A stretch of 64,000 nt of DNA from an uncultured Chthonomonadales bacterium (lineage in GTDB: Bacteria; Armatimonadota; Chthonomonadetes; Chthonomonadales; CAJBBX01): contig CALLMM010000006.1 of NCBI GenBank assembly GCA_938005745.1, positions 35,241 to 99,240 on the forward strand, written 5' to 3'. Shown in pieces: positions 27,874-37,370 of this stretch. A model generated the notes under the pieces. The model was not told where the DNA came from. It made no database searches and was given only the letters and a program-made list of their open reading frames with translations. Positions within the stretch are counted from its first letter, which is position 1, and each line of letters begins with the position of its first letter. The translations under genes and the position numbers were made by a program.

Positions 27874-28764
27874 CTAAACCTGCCAGCGCGCGCGCATTGT
27901 CTCCATCGGGGTAACCTCGCCCTTCCCCCAGGCGTAGTGCGCCATCGGGTTTTCGCCGACCCATCGTTCATCCACCGGTTCATCGGCGCGCTGGTATCGG
28001 GTGTCGGTCGTCAGGCGATAGCGGTTGGAGACATTGTTCAGGGAGCCATGCATTGTGAACATGCCGAAGATCAGCACATCCCCCATCGCAAACTCCGTTG
28101 TCTGCCACTGCCCGCCGAACTTATCCACCAGTTCGATCGGATCGTTGGAGAACCATCCCGCCACGTTGTCTCGATCCACATCCATCTGACCGTAGGTCTC
28201 CCGGATCCTCTCAAAGCGGTGCGATCCGACCAGTATTGCCAGCGGACCCATCTCCATGGAGATGTCGCCCAGGGGTGTCCAGCAGGTGTAGAGGTTTTTT
28301 GTGCCCCGCCCCATGTAGACGATATCGTAGTGCGCACCTGTAAAGTCTCCGGGACCCACCACACGCAGCCACTTGTAGTCGAACGTCAGAACATCCGCCT
28401 CAAAGAAGTCTGCAAAAAAGCCCATAATCTCGGGAGATTCGACCACGCCGAGAAAAGAGGGGGTGCGAGTCAGGCTCTTCGATCCGCCGAGAAACGCGCC
28501 CCTGCCGTTGGGCGCGACCACGCCGTCCATGAGCGGATAGCGCGTATCCAGCTGCCCGTTGGAATTCAGGTTCTCCAGAAGCTCGCGCCGCGCCGCCGCC
28601 ACCTTCTCTACCGGCTGAAGCCCCCGCAGCAGCAGATACCCGTCCTCCTCCATTCTGCTTCGCAGCGCAGAAGTATCGCCAAGCAGCTCATTAGACTCGC
28701 GAAGCGCCCCCAGATAGCGGCTCCCCATCTCCAGCTCGCGTGTTCCCATACGATAGACGCTCAT
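27874..28764 (-). CDS. phytanoyl-CoA dioxygenase (PhyH) family Fe(II)/2-oxoglutarate oxygenase
   Basis: The metal motif appears in GAHYDIVYMG and TMHGSLNN. ATG at 28764 follows GGAGAGAGG, and I prefer it to the start at 28839. Confidence 0.8.
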   Translation of the reverse strand: MSVYRMGTRELEMGSRYLGALRESNELLGDTSALRSRMEEDGYLLLRGLQPVEKVAAARRELLENLNSNGQLDTRYPLMDGVVAPNGRGAFLGGSKSLTRTPSFLGVVESPEIMGFFADFFEADVLTFDYKWLRVVGPGDFTGAHYDIVYMGRGTKNLYTCWTPLGDISMEMGPLAILVGSHRFERIRETYGQMDVDRDNVAGWFSNDPIELVDKFGGQWQTTEFAMGDVLIFGMFTMHGSLNNVSNRYRLTTDTRYQRADEPVDERWVGENPMAHYAWGKGEVTPMETMRARWQV

Positions 28765-28977
28765 CTGCCTCTCTCCTGCCGTGCCTATTTCCGTTACCGA
28801 TAACCTTTTGTATAGAAGATAGCATAAAATACTTCGCATATCGGCTGAATAAATGAGAAATAGACAAAACGCACTCCTCCTGCGAACCGCCTCATAGTAT
28901 AATGGGATGAACGAATGAAGAGGCGACCTCCGTACTAATCTGTGTTACCTCAGCGGATCTCATGTCTGGAGAAGCGG

Positions 28978-31452
28978 ATGAGAAAGAAAGCAACGAAAAC
29001 TCTGATCGGACTGGCTGTCGCGCTCCCGGGAGTTTTGCTCCTGTGGGCGACAACCTTCGTGTCCGCACAGGAGACGAATAAGGTGACTCCCCAGGAGGCG
29101 GAGTTTTTTGAGAAAAAGGTGCGCCCGGTTCTGTTCAACGCCTGCTTCAGCTGTCATGGTGACAAACTGCAGCAGGGCGGCGTACGGCTCGACTCGCTGG
29201 CGCATATGCTGAAGGGCAAGAGCGGCGTCCCCTTCGTCTTCCCCGGAGAGCCAGACAGAAGCCCCCTGATCGAGGTGATCCGATACACCGGTAAGGTGAA
29301 GATGCCGCCGCAGGGCAAGTTGAAGCCGCACGAGATCGAAGCGCTCGAGACATGGGTGAAGATGGGCGCTCCCTGGCCCGGAGCAAAGGTTTCGGAGGAG
29401 GCGAAGCGTGCTGCGTTGAGCGGCGAGTATGTGATCTCGGATGAGCAGCGCAAATTCTGGTCTTTTCAGCCGGTAAAGCGCCCCCCCACGCCGAAGGTTC
29501 AGAACCAGGCGTGGGTGCAGTCGCCGATAGACGCCTTCATCCTTGCCAGACTGGAACGACGAAAGATTGAGCCGTCGCCGCGCGCGGATCGCCGCGCCCT
29601 GATCCGGAGAGCCTACATAGACCTGACCGGTCTTCCGCCGACGATGGAGGAGGTGCAGGCGTTTTACGCCGACCGATCGCCCGACGCCTTCGCGAAAGTG
29701 GTGGATCGCCTGCTGGCTTCTCCGCGCTTCGGAGAGCGCTGGGCGCGGTACTGGCTGGATGTGGCGCGATACTCCGACACGAAGGGCTACGTCTTCACCG
29801 ACGACCCGAACTTCCATCACGCCTACACCTATCGCGACTGGGTGATTCGCGCATTCAACGAAGACCTGCCCTACAACCAGTTTATTCTCCAACAGCTGGC
29901 GGCAGATCAGTTAAATCTAGGCGATGACCGGCGACCGCTGGCAGCAATGGGATTTCTGACCCTGGGTCGCAGATTCCTCAACAACATTCATGACATCATT
30001 GACGATCGCATAGATGTGGTGACCCGAGGGATGCAGGGGCTGACCGTCAACTGCGCCCGCTGCCACGATCACAAATACGACCCGATCTCTGCGAAAGACT
30101 ACTATGCGCTGCACGGCATCTTCAACAGCTCCGCAGAGCCGAATCCTCTCCCGACCATCTCTCCCAGAGAGATCTCTGAGCCCTATGAGGCGCACAACAA
30201 GCGGATACGGGAGACCAACGGGCAGTACGAGGGACTGATCGGGCAGGAGATCGCACAACTGCGCCAGCGTGTCAAATCGGAGCCGGACAGCCTGCCCAAG
30301 CCCGTGAAGGATACGCTTCAGGCGATCCGGGAGGGCGCGCTGCCCGACGAGAGGCAGCTGCGCATACTGGAGCCTCAGTTCCGCGAGGAGGCGCGTCAGT
30401 CTCTGGCGCAGCTTCGAGATACTCTGTCAAAACTGCGGCAGTCTGTCCCCCCTGCGCCCGAGTTTGCCATGGCGCTCGTAGACAAGCCGAAGGGGGAGAA
30501 CTCGCGGGTCTTTCTGAGAGGCAATCCGGGCAATCTCGGAGCGGAGGCGCCCCGCGCCTACCTGCCGATCGTGATGGGTTCAAAATATCGCCCCTTCACG
30601 CAGGGCAGCGGACGTCTGGAACTAGCGCAGGCGATAGCCAGTCCCGAAAACCCGTTGACGGCGCGCGTGATGGTCAACCGCATCTGGCTCAATCTGTTCG
30701 GGAAGGGACTGGTTCGCACGCCCAGCGATTTCGGCATGCGGGGAGAGCCGCCGACGCATCCGGAGCTGCTCGACTTTCTGGCGTGGAAGTTCATGAACGA
30801 CGGCTGGTCGGTCAAGAAGCTGATCCGCGCCATCATGCTCTCCAGCACCTACCAGCAGGCAAGCATAAACCGCCCGGCGGTCTACAACGCGGACCCGGAG
30901 AACCGGCTCGTCTGGCGCATGAACCCCCGACGGCTCGATCTGGAGGCGATGCGCGACTCGCTGCTATTTGTGGGAGATCGTCTCGATCTCACGATGGGTG
31001 GGAAATCGGTGGAGATTACCACCGCTCCTTTCTCCACACGCAGAAGCGTCTACGGCTATATTGACCGGCAGAACCTGCAGGGGCTGTTCCGAACCTTTGA
31101 CTTCGCAAACCCGGATACAACCAGCCCGCAGAGATACCAGACGACCACTCCCCAGCAGGCGCTGTTTATGATGAACAGCCCTTTCATGATCGAGCAGGCG
31201 CAGCATATGGCAAAACGTCAGGAGATGAAGGATCTGCCGGACGATACCGCGCGGGTGCGCTTTGTCTATCGCAAGGTTCTCGGAAGAACGCCTGCGGCGG
31301 AGGAGATCGCTCTGGCTCTACGCTTCCTGCAGAGCGCATCGCAGATCAGGCAGGTGTCACTCACCCAGCAAACGCCTCCTGCCAGCGAAAAAGCCTGGGT
31401 GCAGTTCATTCAGGCGCTGATGATGTCCAACGAGTTCATCTTCATAGACTGA
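28978..31452 (+). CDS. PSCyt (planctomycete cytochrome c) / DUF1549 / DUF1553 domain protein
   Basis: It has a signal peptide, a haem motif in FFEKKVRPVLFNACFSCHG, a second cytochrome-like motif CARCHDHKYDP, and the large size typical of this family. Confidence 0.85.
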   Translation: MRKKATKTLIGLAVALPGVLLLWATTFVSAQETNKVTPQEAEFFEKKVRPVLFNACFSCHGDKLQQGGVRLDSLAHMLKGKSGVPFVFPGEPDRSPLIEVIRYTGKVKMPPQGKLKPHEIEALETWVKMGAPWPGAKVSEEAKRAALSGEYVISDEQRKFWSFQPVKRPPTPKVQNQAWVQSPIDAFILARLERRKIEPSPRADRRALIRRAYIDLTGLPPTMEEVQAFYADRSPDAFAKVVDRLLASPRFGERWARYWLDVARYSDTKGYVFTDDPNFHHAYTYRDWVIRAFNEDLPYNQFILQQLAADQLNLGDDRRPLAAMGFLTLGRRFLNNIHDIIDDRIDVVTRGMQGLTVNCARCHDHKYDPISAKDYYALHGIFNSSAEPNPLPTISPREISEPYEAHNKRIRETNGQYEGLIGQEIAQLRQRVKSEPDSLPKPVKDTLQAIREGALPDERQLRILEPQFREEARQSLAQLRDTLSKLRQSVPPAPEFAMALVDKPKGENSRVFLRGNPGNLGAEAPRAYLPIVMGSKYRPFTQGSGRLELAQAIASPENPLTARVMVNRIWLNLFGKGLVRTPSDFGMRGEPPTHPELLDFLAWKFMNDGWSVKKLIRAIMLSSTYQQASINRPAVYNADPENRLVWRMNPRRLDLEAMRDSLLFVGDRLDLTMGGKSVEITTAPFSTRRSVYGYIDRQNLQGLFRTFDFANPDTTSPQRYQTTTPQQALFMMNSPFMIEQAQHMAKRQEMKDLPDDTARVRFVYRKVLGRTPAAEEIALALRFLQSASQIRQVSLTQQTPPASEKAWVQFIQALMMSNEFIFID

Positions 31453-31468
31453 GACAGCCGCTTACAGC

Positions 31469-31510
31469 CCCGGAGAGTCCGCTGCGCTCTCCGGGGATAT
31501 TATTTTTTTG
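31469..31510 (+). terminator. intrinsic terminator
   Basis: CCCCGGAGAG-N9-CTCTCCGGGG is followed by ATATTATTTTTTT. Confidence 0.65.
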
Positions 31511-31717
31511 AAAAAACCCTCAAGATACGAGTACTGTCAGCCAATAATAGAGCCAAATGCAGGAAAAAATTACCTGAAAAACCGGTACTAAAGCCGTGAT
31601 ATCCTTCTCATCTTGACTGTTTATGCCGCTCATGATTCTGACCCTGTCGCGTGGAAGAATATGCCCGGTTCTCCCCCCGACGAACGTTCGCATCGCATGA
31701 GATGCGAGGATAGTCCA

Positions 31718-33265
31718 ATGGAGCGCTCTTCTCTTCTTGCATACAGTTATGCCATACTTTGCGGGGTGACACTAATACTGCTTTTTGCTCAACTGTCCAT
31801 TTTAGGTATCACTCTCTCCTACATGGTGCAAGCAGGCTGCGCCATGTTAGTTATAGCCATGGTAGGGCTTATCCTCTTCGGCAAGGGACGCCTTCCTCAC
31901 CCACAAAAATCGTCCTCGCATTCTCTCTCCGGTTCTGTAATCCGTTGGGAGGAGTTCGACCTCGACGCGCTGATCTCTCGCAACACAGACAGCGTCGTCG
32001 TGCTGGATCGAGAGGGCACAGTTCGTTATGTGAACTCTGCCGCTGAGAAACTGTTCAACAGAGACCGCGAGGCGCTGATAGGTCTGCCGCTGGGTCTTCC
32101 TCTGGCGACGAACACAACCTTCGAGATGGAGATCCTCGGGAAGAATGGCGAGACGACGATCGCCGAAATGTGTATCGTAGAAGCGCGCTGGCGGGAAGAG
32201 ACCGTCTATCCCGCGTGGCTGCGCGACATCTCTGAGCGCAAAAGGATCGAAGAGGCGCTGCGAAGCAGCGAAACGCAGCTGCGAACGATCCTCAACGCCA
32301 TCCCCGACGCAGTCTGTTTCAAAGACCCGCAGGGAAATTGGCTACAGGCGAACGACTGGTGCATTCAACTGTTTCAGTTGAGGGATGTGGAGTTCGCAGG
32401 CAAGAGCGACGAAGAGCTTCTACTGATGGGAAGCGTTTCGGAGGGGCTGCTCGGCTGGAGAGAGCGGGAGGAAGAGGCATGGTCGCAGCGGAAACCCATA
32501 CGTAACGAAGAGAATATCCCCTTGCTGGACGGTCGTAATCTGATCCTGGATGTGATTCGCGTACCGCTCTTCCATCCGGATGGATCGCCGCACGCGCTGG
32601 TGATGATCGGCAGAGATATTACTCAGCGGAAAGCTGCGGAGTTTCAGATCGAAGAGCAGCTTCGACGCATCCACCGATATAACGAAGAGCTTCAGTTGCA
32701 GCAGCAGCAACTCGAGGCTGCCAATGCGCGGCTGGAGATGTTGGCGGTCAGAGACGGCTTAACGGGCTTGAAAAACCATCGCGCGTTTCAGGAGAGGCTG
32801 CAGGAGGAGTTCGAGCGCGCCGTGCGATACGACATGCCGCTCTCTCTGCTGATCATTGATGTGGACCGCTTCAAGCAGTTGAACGACGCGCTCGGTCATC
32901 CCGCCGGTGACGAGGTATTGAAGACGGTCGCATGGGTGCTGCAGAAGAACTCCCGCCAGAGCGACTTCGTGGCGCGGTATGGCGGCGACGAGTTTGTCAT
33001 CATACTTGGAAATACCAGCAGCGCGGGCGCGAAGGTCATCGCAGAGAGGCTCCGCCATGAGATTGAAGAGATCGAATGGAGAGAGTTCCAGATCACCATC
33101 AGCGTGGGCATCGCCTCGCTGACGCTGGATACCGAAAATCGCGCTCAGTTGATCAGCGAAGCCGATCAGGCTCTCTATCACTCCAAGCAGCTTGGCAGGA
33201 ACCGGGTCACGCACTATATGAGCTTGACGCTCGGTCAGGACGATCGGGTCGAATACCGCCTCTGA
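31718..33265 (+). CDS. membrane-anchored PAS-domain diguanylate cyclase (GGDEF)
   Basis: It has two N-terminal TM segments and PAS regions. The active site is RYGGDEF, with an RxxD I-site (RQSD) five residues upstream. The start at 31718 follows GAGGA. Alternative starts are 31613, 31661 and 31697. Confidence 0.85.
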   Translation: MERSSLLAYSYAILCGVTLILLFAQLSILGITLSYMVQAGCAMLVIAMVGLILFGKGRLPHPQKSSSHSLSGSVIRWEEFDLDALISRNTDSVVVLDREGTVRYVNSAAEKLFNRDREALIGLPLGLPLATNTTFEMEILGKNGETTIAEMCIVEARWREETVYPAWLRDISERKRIEEALRSSETQLRTILNAIPDAVCFKDPQGNWLQANDWCIQLFQLRDVEFAGKSDEELLLMGSVSEGLLGWREREEEAWSQRKPIRNEENIPLLDGRNLILDVIRVPLFHPDGSPHALVMIGRDITQRKAAEFQIEEQLRRIHRYNEELQLQQQQLEAANARLEMLAVRDGLTGLKNHRAFQERLQEEFERAVRYDMPLSLLIIDVDRFKQLNDALGHPAGDEVLKTVAWVLQKNSRQSDFVARYGGDEFVIILGNTSSAGAKVIAERLRHEIEEIEWREFQITISVGIASLTLDTENRAQLISEADQALYHSKQLGRNRVTHYMSLTLGQDDRVEYRL

Positions 33266-33274
33266 TATTCAGCA

Positions 33275-34066
33275 CTATTCGATCAGCCCGCGCTCATCCA
33301 TATACCGCCTTTCGATGGCTTCCAGCAGGTCGGCATAGTTCCAGGGAGCCGGAACCGGAACATCCAGTTTCAGCTTCTCCATGATCGGCAGCGCCAGCTT
33401 CATGCCAAGCTGCGCCTGAATGGGAATGGCAAGCTCGCTGCGTCTGGCGACAAACCGACGTATGGCGTCAAACTCCTCCGGCTCCAGCAACTCAAGTTTT
33501 TGCACCTGAGACATATAGTAGGCGACCAGCTGTGTGGGCGGCACGCTCTTTCTGCCCGAGAGGAAGCCCGGCTTTCGCTCCTTGATGACGATGGTTCCCG
33601 CCGCAAAATCCCCCAGCCGCTTGTACTCACTGCTGAAGAAGATGGAGCATAGTCCCGCGCTGTAGACAGGGGGCAGAAAATCCACAATCCGCACCAGATT
33701 GCGCGTCACCGAGGAGTAGAGATCAATGGGATACCCTCCATCTCTGACCACGCGCAGACCGACCAGTTTTTTCCCCGGCGTTCTCCCTCCCCAGCGCATC
33801 TCAAAAAAGGTGTGATACCCGAACAGGATCGCAAAGGAGATCAGCCCCAACATGGCGTACAGCCAGAGAGAGAGGGAGCCCGAGACGATGTCTGAGAAGA
33901 GCGCGGACCCCTGCGCCATAATGCCGCCCGCCAGGCTGAGCAGCAGTATGATCAGCAGTTGGATGGCGAGGTCTATGCTTCCCGCCAGAAATCTCGATCC
34001 GATTCCGGAGAGTTCGTAGGAGATCTCGATATTTTCCGGCGTAACGAACTGTACCTGGCGCTGCAT
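33275..34066 (-). CDS. RDD-family membrane protein with a C-terminal extension
   Basis: Family sequences are RFLAGSIDLAIQ and GLRVVRDGGYPID, with three TM segments. Confidence 0.65.
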   Translation of the reverse strand: MQRQVQFVTPENIEISYELSGIGSRFLAGSIDLAIQLLIILLLSLAGGIMAQGSALFSDIVSGSLSLWLYAMLGLISFAILFGYHTFFEMRWGGRTPGKKLVGLRVVRDGGYPIDLYSSVTRNLVRIVDFLPPVYSAGLCSIFFSSEYKRLGDFAAGTIVIKERKPGFLSGRKSVPPTQLVAYYMSQVQKLELLEPEEFDAIRRFVARRSELAIPIQAQLGMKLALPIMEKLKLDVPVPAPWNYADLLEAIERRYMDERGLIE

Positions 34067-34109
34067 AGAAATTCCGTTATAATTACGCTAACTCGATATG
34101 CGGTAGAGT

Positions 34110-35102
34110 ATGGACGAGAGAGAGTTTGTACAGCGACGACAGCCCGACTGGGAACGGCTGACATCCATTCTGAATAGAGCCGCCTCCAGCGGGCTGCAGC
34201 GGCTGACGCGGGAGGAGGTGCGCGATTTGGGAACGCTCTATCGCCGCGCAGCGTCCGATCTCGCCTATGCCAGAGCGCGCGCCAGCAGTCCCAGTCTGAT
34301 ACAGCACCTCAACAGTCTAGTTGCCGGCAGCTATGCTATTCTCTACCAGTCCGATACCCGCGACTGGCGGGGTCTGCTGTGCTTTTTCACGCACGATTTT
34401 CCGCAGACCTTTCGACGGCGACTCTCCTATTTCCTTGCTGCTGTCGGGTTCCTCCTGCTTGGCGGACTGATCGGCTATCTGCTCGTCATGCAATCGAAAG
34501 ACAATATAGACATCTTTGTTCCCCCGGGAAGCGACTTTCGCGCCTCACTGGAGGTCTGGATGAAAGGAGAGACTGCCGAACGCCGCCCCGACGCCGAACG
34601 CGCTCTCTATGCCAGCGGTCTGATGCAGAACAACATCGGCGTTACCTTCAATGTCTTCGCGCTGGGGATCACCGGCGGGTTGGGAACCGCATGGGTGCTG
34701 CTGCTCAACGGCATGATTCTGGGGGCTTTCACGGCAATGATGACCCATGTTCAGCAGCATGGCAACTTCTGGCCCGGAATTGTGCCGCACGGCGTGGTGG
34801 AGCTTACTGAGACCTGCATCGCCGGCGCCGCCGGGCTGGCAATCGGCTGGGCGATACTCGCTCCCGGTCCCTATCGCCGGCGCGATGCGCTGATCCTTGC
34901 GGCGCGAGACGCGGTAAAACTGGTTATCGGGGGCATCTTCTTACTGATCTTCGCCGGGCTGGTAGAGGGCTTTATCTCCCATTCGCTGCTGCCGAAGCCG
35001 GTCAAGCTCCTCTTCGGGATCACTTCGGCGGCGGTTCTCTTCCCCTATCTCTTCCTGGCAGGTCGTGAAAAAGAGTCGGTTCCCGCGAAAAAGACCGGCT
35101 AG
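34110..35102 (+). CDS. SpoIIM-like (stage II sporulation protein M family) integral membrane protein
   Basis: The signature PHGVVELTETCIAGAAGL is present, with multiple TM segments and a soluble N-terminal helical domain. Confidence 0.65.
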   Translation: MDEREFVQRRQPDWERLTSILNRAASSGLQRLTREEVRDLGTLYRRAASDLAYARARASSPSLIQHLNSLVAGSYAILYQSDTRDWRGLLCFFTHDFPQTFRRRLSYFLAAVGFLLLGGLIGYLLVMQSKDNIDIFVPPGSDFRASLEVWMKGETAERRPDAERALYASGLMQNNIGVTFNVFALGITGGLGTAWVLLLNGMILGAFTAMMTHVQQHGNFWPGIVPHGVVELTETCIAGAAGLAIGWAILAPGPYRRRDALILAARDAVKLVIGGIFLLIFAGLVEGFISHSLLPKPVKLLFGITSAAVLFPYLFLAGREKESVPAKKTG

Positions 35103-35117
35103 CGAAGCCGATCCCGC

Positions 35118-36428
35118 TCAGAGCAGCATCTTCTCCTTCACCTCCAGATAGCGATTGACCAGCGCGGCGGATAACTTCTCCTCCGGCGTGTCCACTACCA
35201 GAACCCCCCGCCTCTGCAGTTCATAGACGGCGCGGGATCGCTCCTCCAGCATCTGCAGGGCGACCGCCTGCTCATAGGCGTCAGACGGAGTCTCTACCGC
35301 AGCCTCCGCGCAACGCTGGACCTTCGTATCCATCAGCGTTACGCAGGCGACCAGATGGCGGGGCTGCAGCGATGCCATTTCGGAGATCGCCTGTCGCGAA
35401 GATTCTGGATCCCAAAGGTCGGTAAAACAGACCATGAGCGAGCGGCGGCGCCAACGCATCGCGAGATACGCCATCGCGCCGCGATAGTCCGCTTCGGCGC
35501 GCCGCGCTTTCGCATTATAGAGCGCATCCAGAATACGGTAGACCTGCGCCCGTCCCTTCATGGGAGGAAGCCAGGTCTGCACGGTGTCGGCAAAGACCAG
35601 CAGTCCGATTCGGTCGTCTGTGAGCGAAGCGACATACGCCAGCAGCAGCGCGGCGTTGACGGCGTGGTCCATCTTGGCGATGCCGTCAATCTCCGCCATC
35701 ATGGTCCTCCCGACATCCAGCACCAGAATGACATTCTGGCTCCGCTCCACCTCGTACTGCCTGCTGATCAGCTTTCCGCGCCGCGCTGTCGCCTTCCAGT
35801 CAATGCGCCGGTACTCATCGTCCGGCTGATACTCCCGCAGCGACTCAAACTCGCGCCCCGCGCCCGCCAGTCGCGCCGCGCGTATTCCGACCTGCTGCAG
35901 CCTCCCGCGCCGCGCCATCAGCGTAAACTTCGCCATCTCCAGAATATTGGGATAGACCTTGACAGGCGAGGCGGAGGGATAACGACGGATGGCGCGCACC
36001 AGTCCCAGACGACCGGTGATTTTAATCCAGATGTCGCCAAAGGTGTAGTCCCCGCGTACCCGGGGGATAACGTGATAGGTGATGGTCTGACGCACCTGAG
36101 AGACAAGGGTCAGATCTACCGGAGCAAAGTCGTGCGGAAAGATGTCCGGCGGCTCATCGAGCAGCGAGACCTGCCAGTCCATCGCGCTGTTGCTGCGTAT
36201 CTGGATGCGAACGGGGTTCTCTGTGCCCAGCGACATCTGCGGCTCATACTCACGCGCGATCTCCATCTGCGAGGGCGAAGGAAGCAGCAGATAGTCTGCC
36301 AGCGTCGCGATCAGCAGCGCGCCTTCCCATACGAGCGTCAGCGTCAGGAAGCCCATCGCCTGCCCGGTGAAGAGCAGCGGCGCGCCTCCAAGTATGAACA
36401 GCAGAAACCATCTTCTGGTGAAGTTCAC
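35118..36428 (-). CDS. DUF58 domain protein (vWA-like, usually a MoxR partner)
   Basis: The hallmark RRIDWKATARRGKLISRQYEVERSQNVILVLDVGRTM is present, with two N-terminal TM segments. Confidence 0.75.
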   Translation of the reverse strand: MNFTRRWFLLFILGGAPLLFTGQAMGFLTLTLVWEGALLIATLADYLLLPSPSQMEIAREYEPQMSLGTENPVRIQIRSNSAMDWQVSLLDEPPDIFPHDFAPVDLTLVSQVRQTITYHVIPRVRGDYTFGDIWIKITGRLGLVRAIRRYPSASPVKVYPNILEMAKFTLMARRGRLQQVGIRAARLAGAGREFESLREYQPDDEYRRIDWKATARRGKLISRQYEVERSQNVILVLDVGRTMMAEIDGIAKMDHAVNAALLLAYVASLTDDRIGLLVFADTVQTWLPPMKGRAQVYRILDALYNAKARRAEADYRGAMAYLAMRWRRRSLMVCFTDLWDPESSRQAISEMASLQPRHLVACVTLMDTKVQRCAEAAVETPSDAYEQAVALQMLEERSRAVYELQRRGVLVVDTPEEKLSAALVNRYLEVKEKMLL

Positions 36429-36518
36429 AATCTACTCCGTCTGATTCTCGCCATCAAGGCGCATCGCGGAGGATTAGAGACCTTTGTAAGCCCCCAGGTG
36501 ACCATTGTCGGACTGCGC

Positions 36519-37370
36519 TCACAACCGGACCGATTGTCCGGCTAGCAGCACCTGAAGCGTTATGCGATCCGAGCCAAGCAGGACGCCCTCCCCGGACGCT
36601 CTCCGATCCTGAGTTCGCGAAACGCGGGCTGTTCGGATCACCACCACCTGTCCCCGATGCGTCTCCAGCTTCCCGTTACGTACCAGCGCCCACGCCCCTT
36701 CATTCACGCCGATCCCCACATACCCGGGATGATCGAGAGTCGCTGCCAGCAGGCGCAGGAGCCGATTTCGCGCGATAAAATGCTGGTCCACAATCGCTTT
36801 TGGCAGCAGTCCCAGCCCATCGGAGACCGGGCAGGCTCCTGCGGTCAGGCTGCCGTTACGCGGCTCTCCGCCGATAGGCATCAGTCTCCCCATTAAGGAT
36901 GCCCCGGCGCTTGTTCCTCCAGCCACCCCCCCGCGACGAACGACATCCCGGATCGCCTGCGGCACTCCGGAGGACTCGGGAAACGCGCGCATGAATCGGT
37001 TCTGGTCGCCTCCCGGAATCCACACGCCTCGCGCCTCGCGCAGTGAAGCCAAGACCGCCTCTCTCTGCATATCCGGGACGGCAACCACCTGTCGCGCGCC
37101 CTGTTCGCGAAACATCGTCGCGGACCGCTCTCCCCCGGCAGATGGATCCGCCTGCGTATGCGCCAGGATGACGATCGGCGCATCCGCTCCGCCTGCCAGC
37201 CGGATGAACTCCTGTACCGCTTCACGCGGCGTCTCTCCTCCGCCCGCCAGCAGGACAGCCCCGCCTCTCCGATGAGATTCTCCAGCCCTAACCGCAGCCA
37301 GACCCGTCATGAAAATAAGTCCGGCTGCTATCCAGGCGGATACCCTCAGCAGTCGCGCTCCGAAGATCAT
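36519..37370 (-). CDS. exported peptidase S51 (cyanophycinase-like) family protein
   Basis: Family sequences are VWIPGGDQNRF, the nucleophile region GGTSAGASLMG and VDQHFIARNRLLRLL. A hydrophobic leader is present. The ATG at 37370 overlaps the upstream stop as ATGA. Confidence 0.75.
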   Translation of the reverse strand: MIFGARLLRVSAWIAAGLIFMTGLAAVRAGESHRRGGAVLLAGGGETPREAVQEFIRLAGGADAPIVILAHTQADPSAGGERSATMFREQGARQVVAVPDMQREAVLASLREARGVWIPGGDQNRFMRAFPESSGVPQAIRDVVRRGGVAGGTSAGASLMGRLMPIGGEPRNGSLTAGACPVSDGLGLLPKAIVDQHFIARNRLLRLLAATLDHPGYVGIGVNEGAWALVRNGKLETHRGQVVVIRTARVSRTQDRRASGEGVLLGSDRITLQVLLAGQSVRL

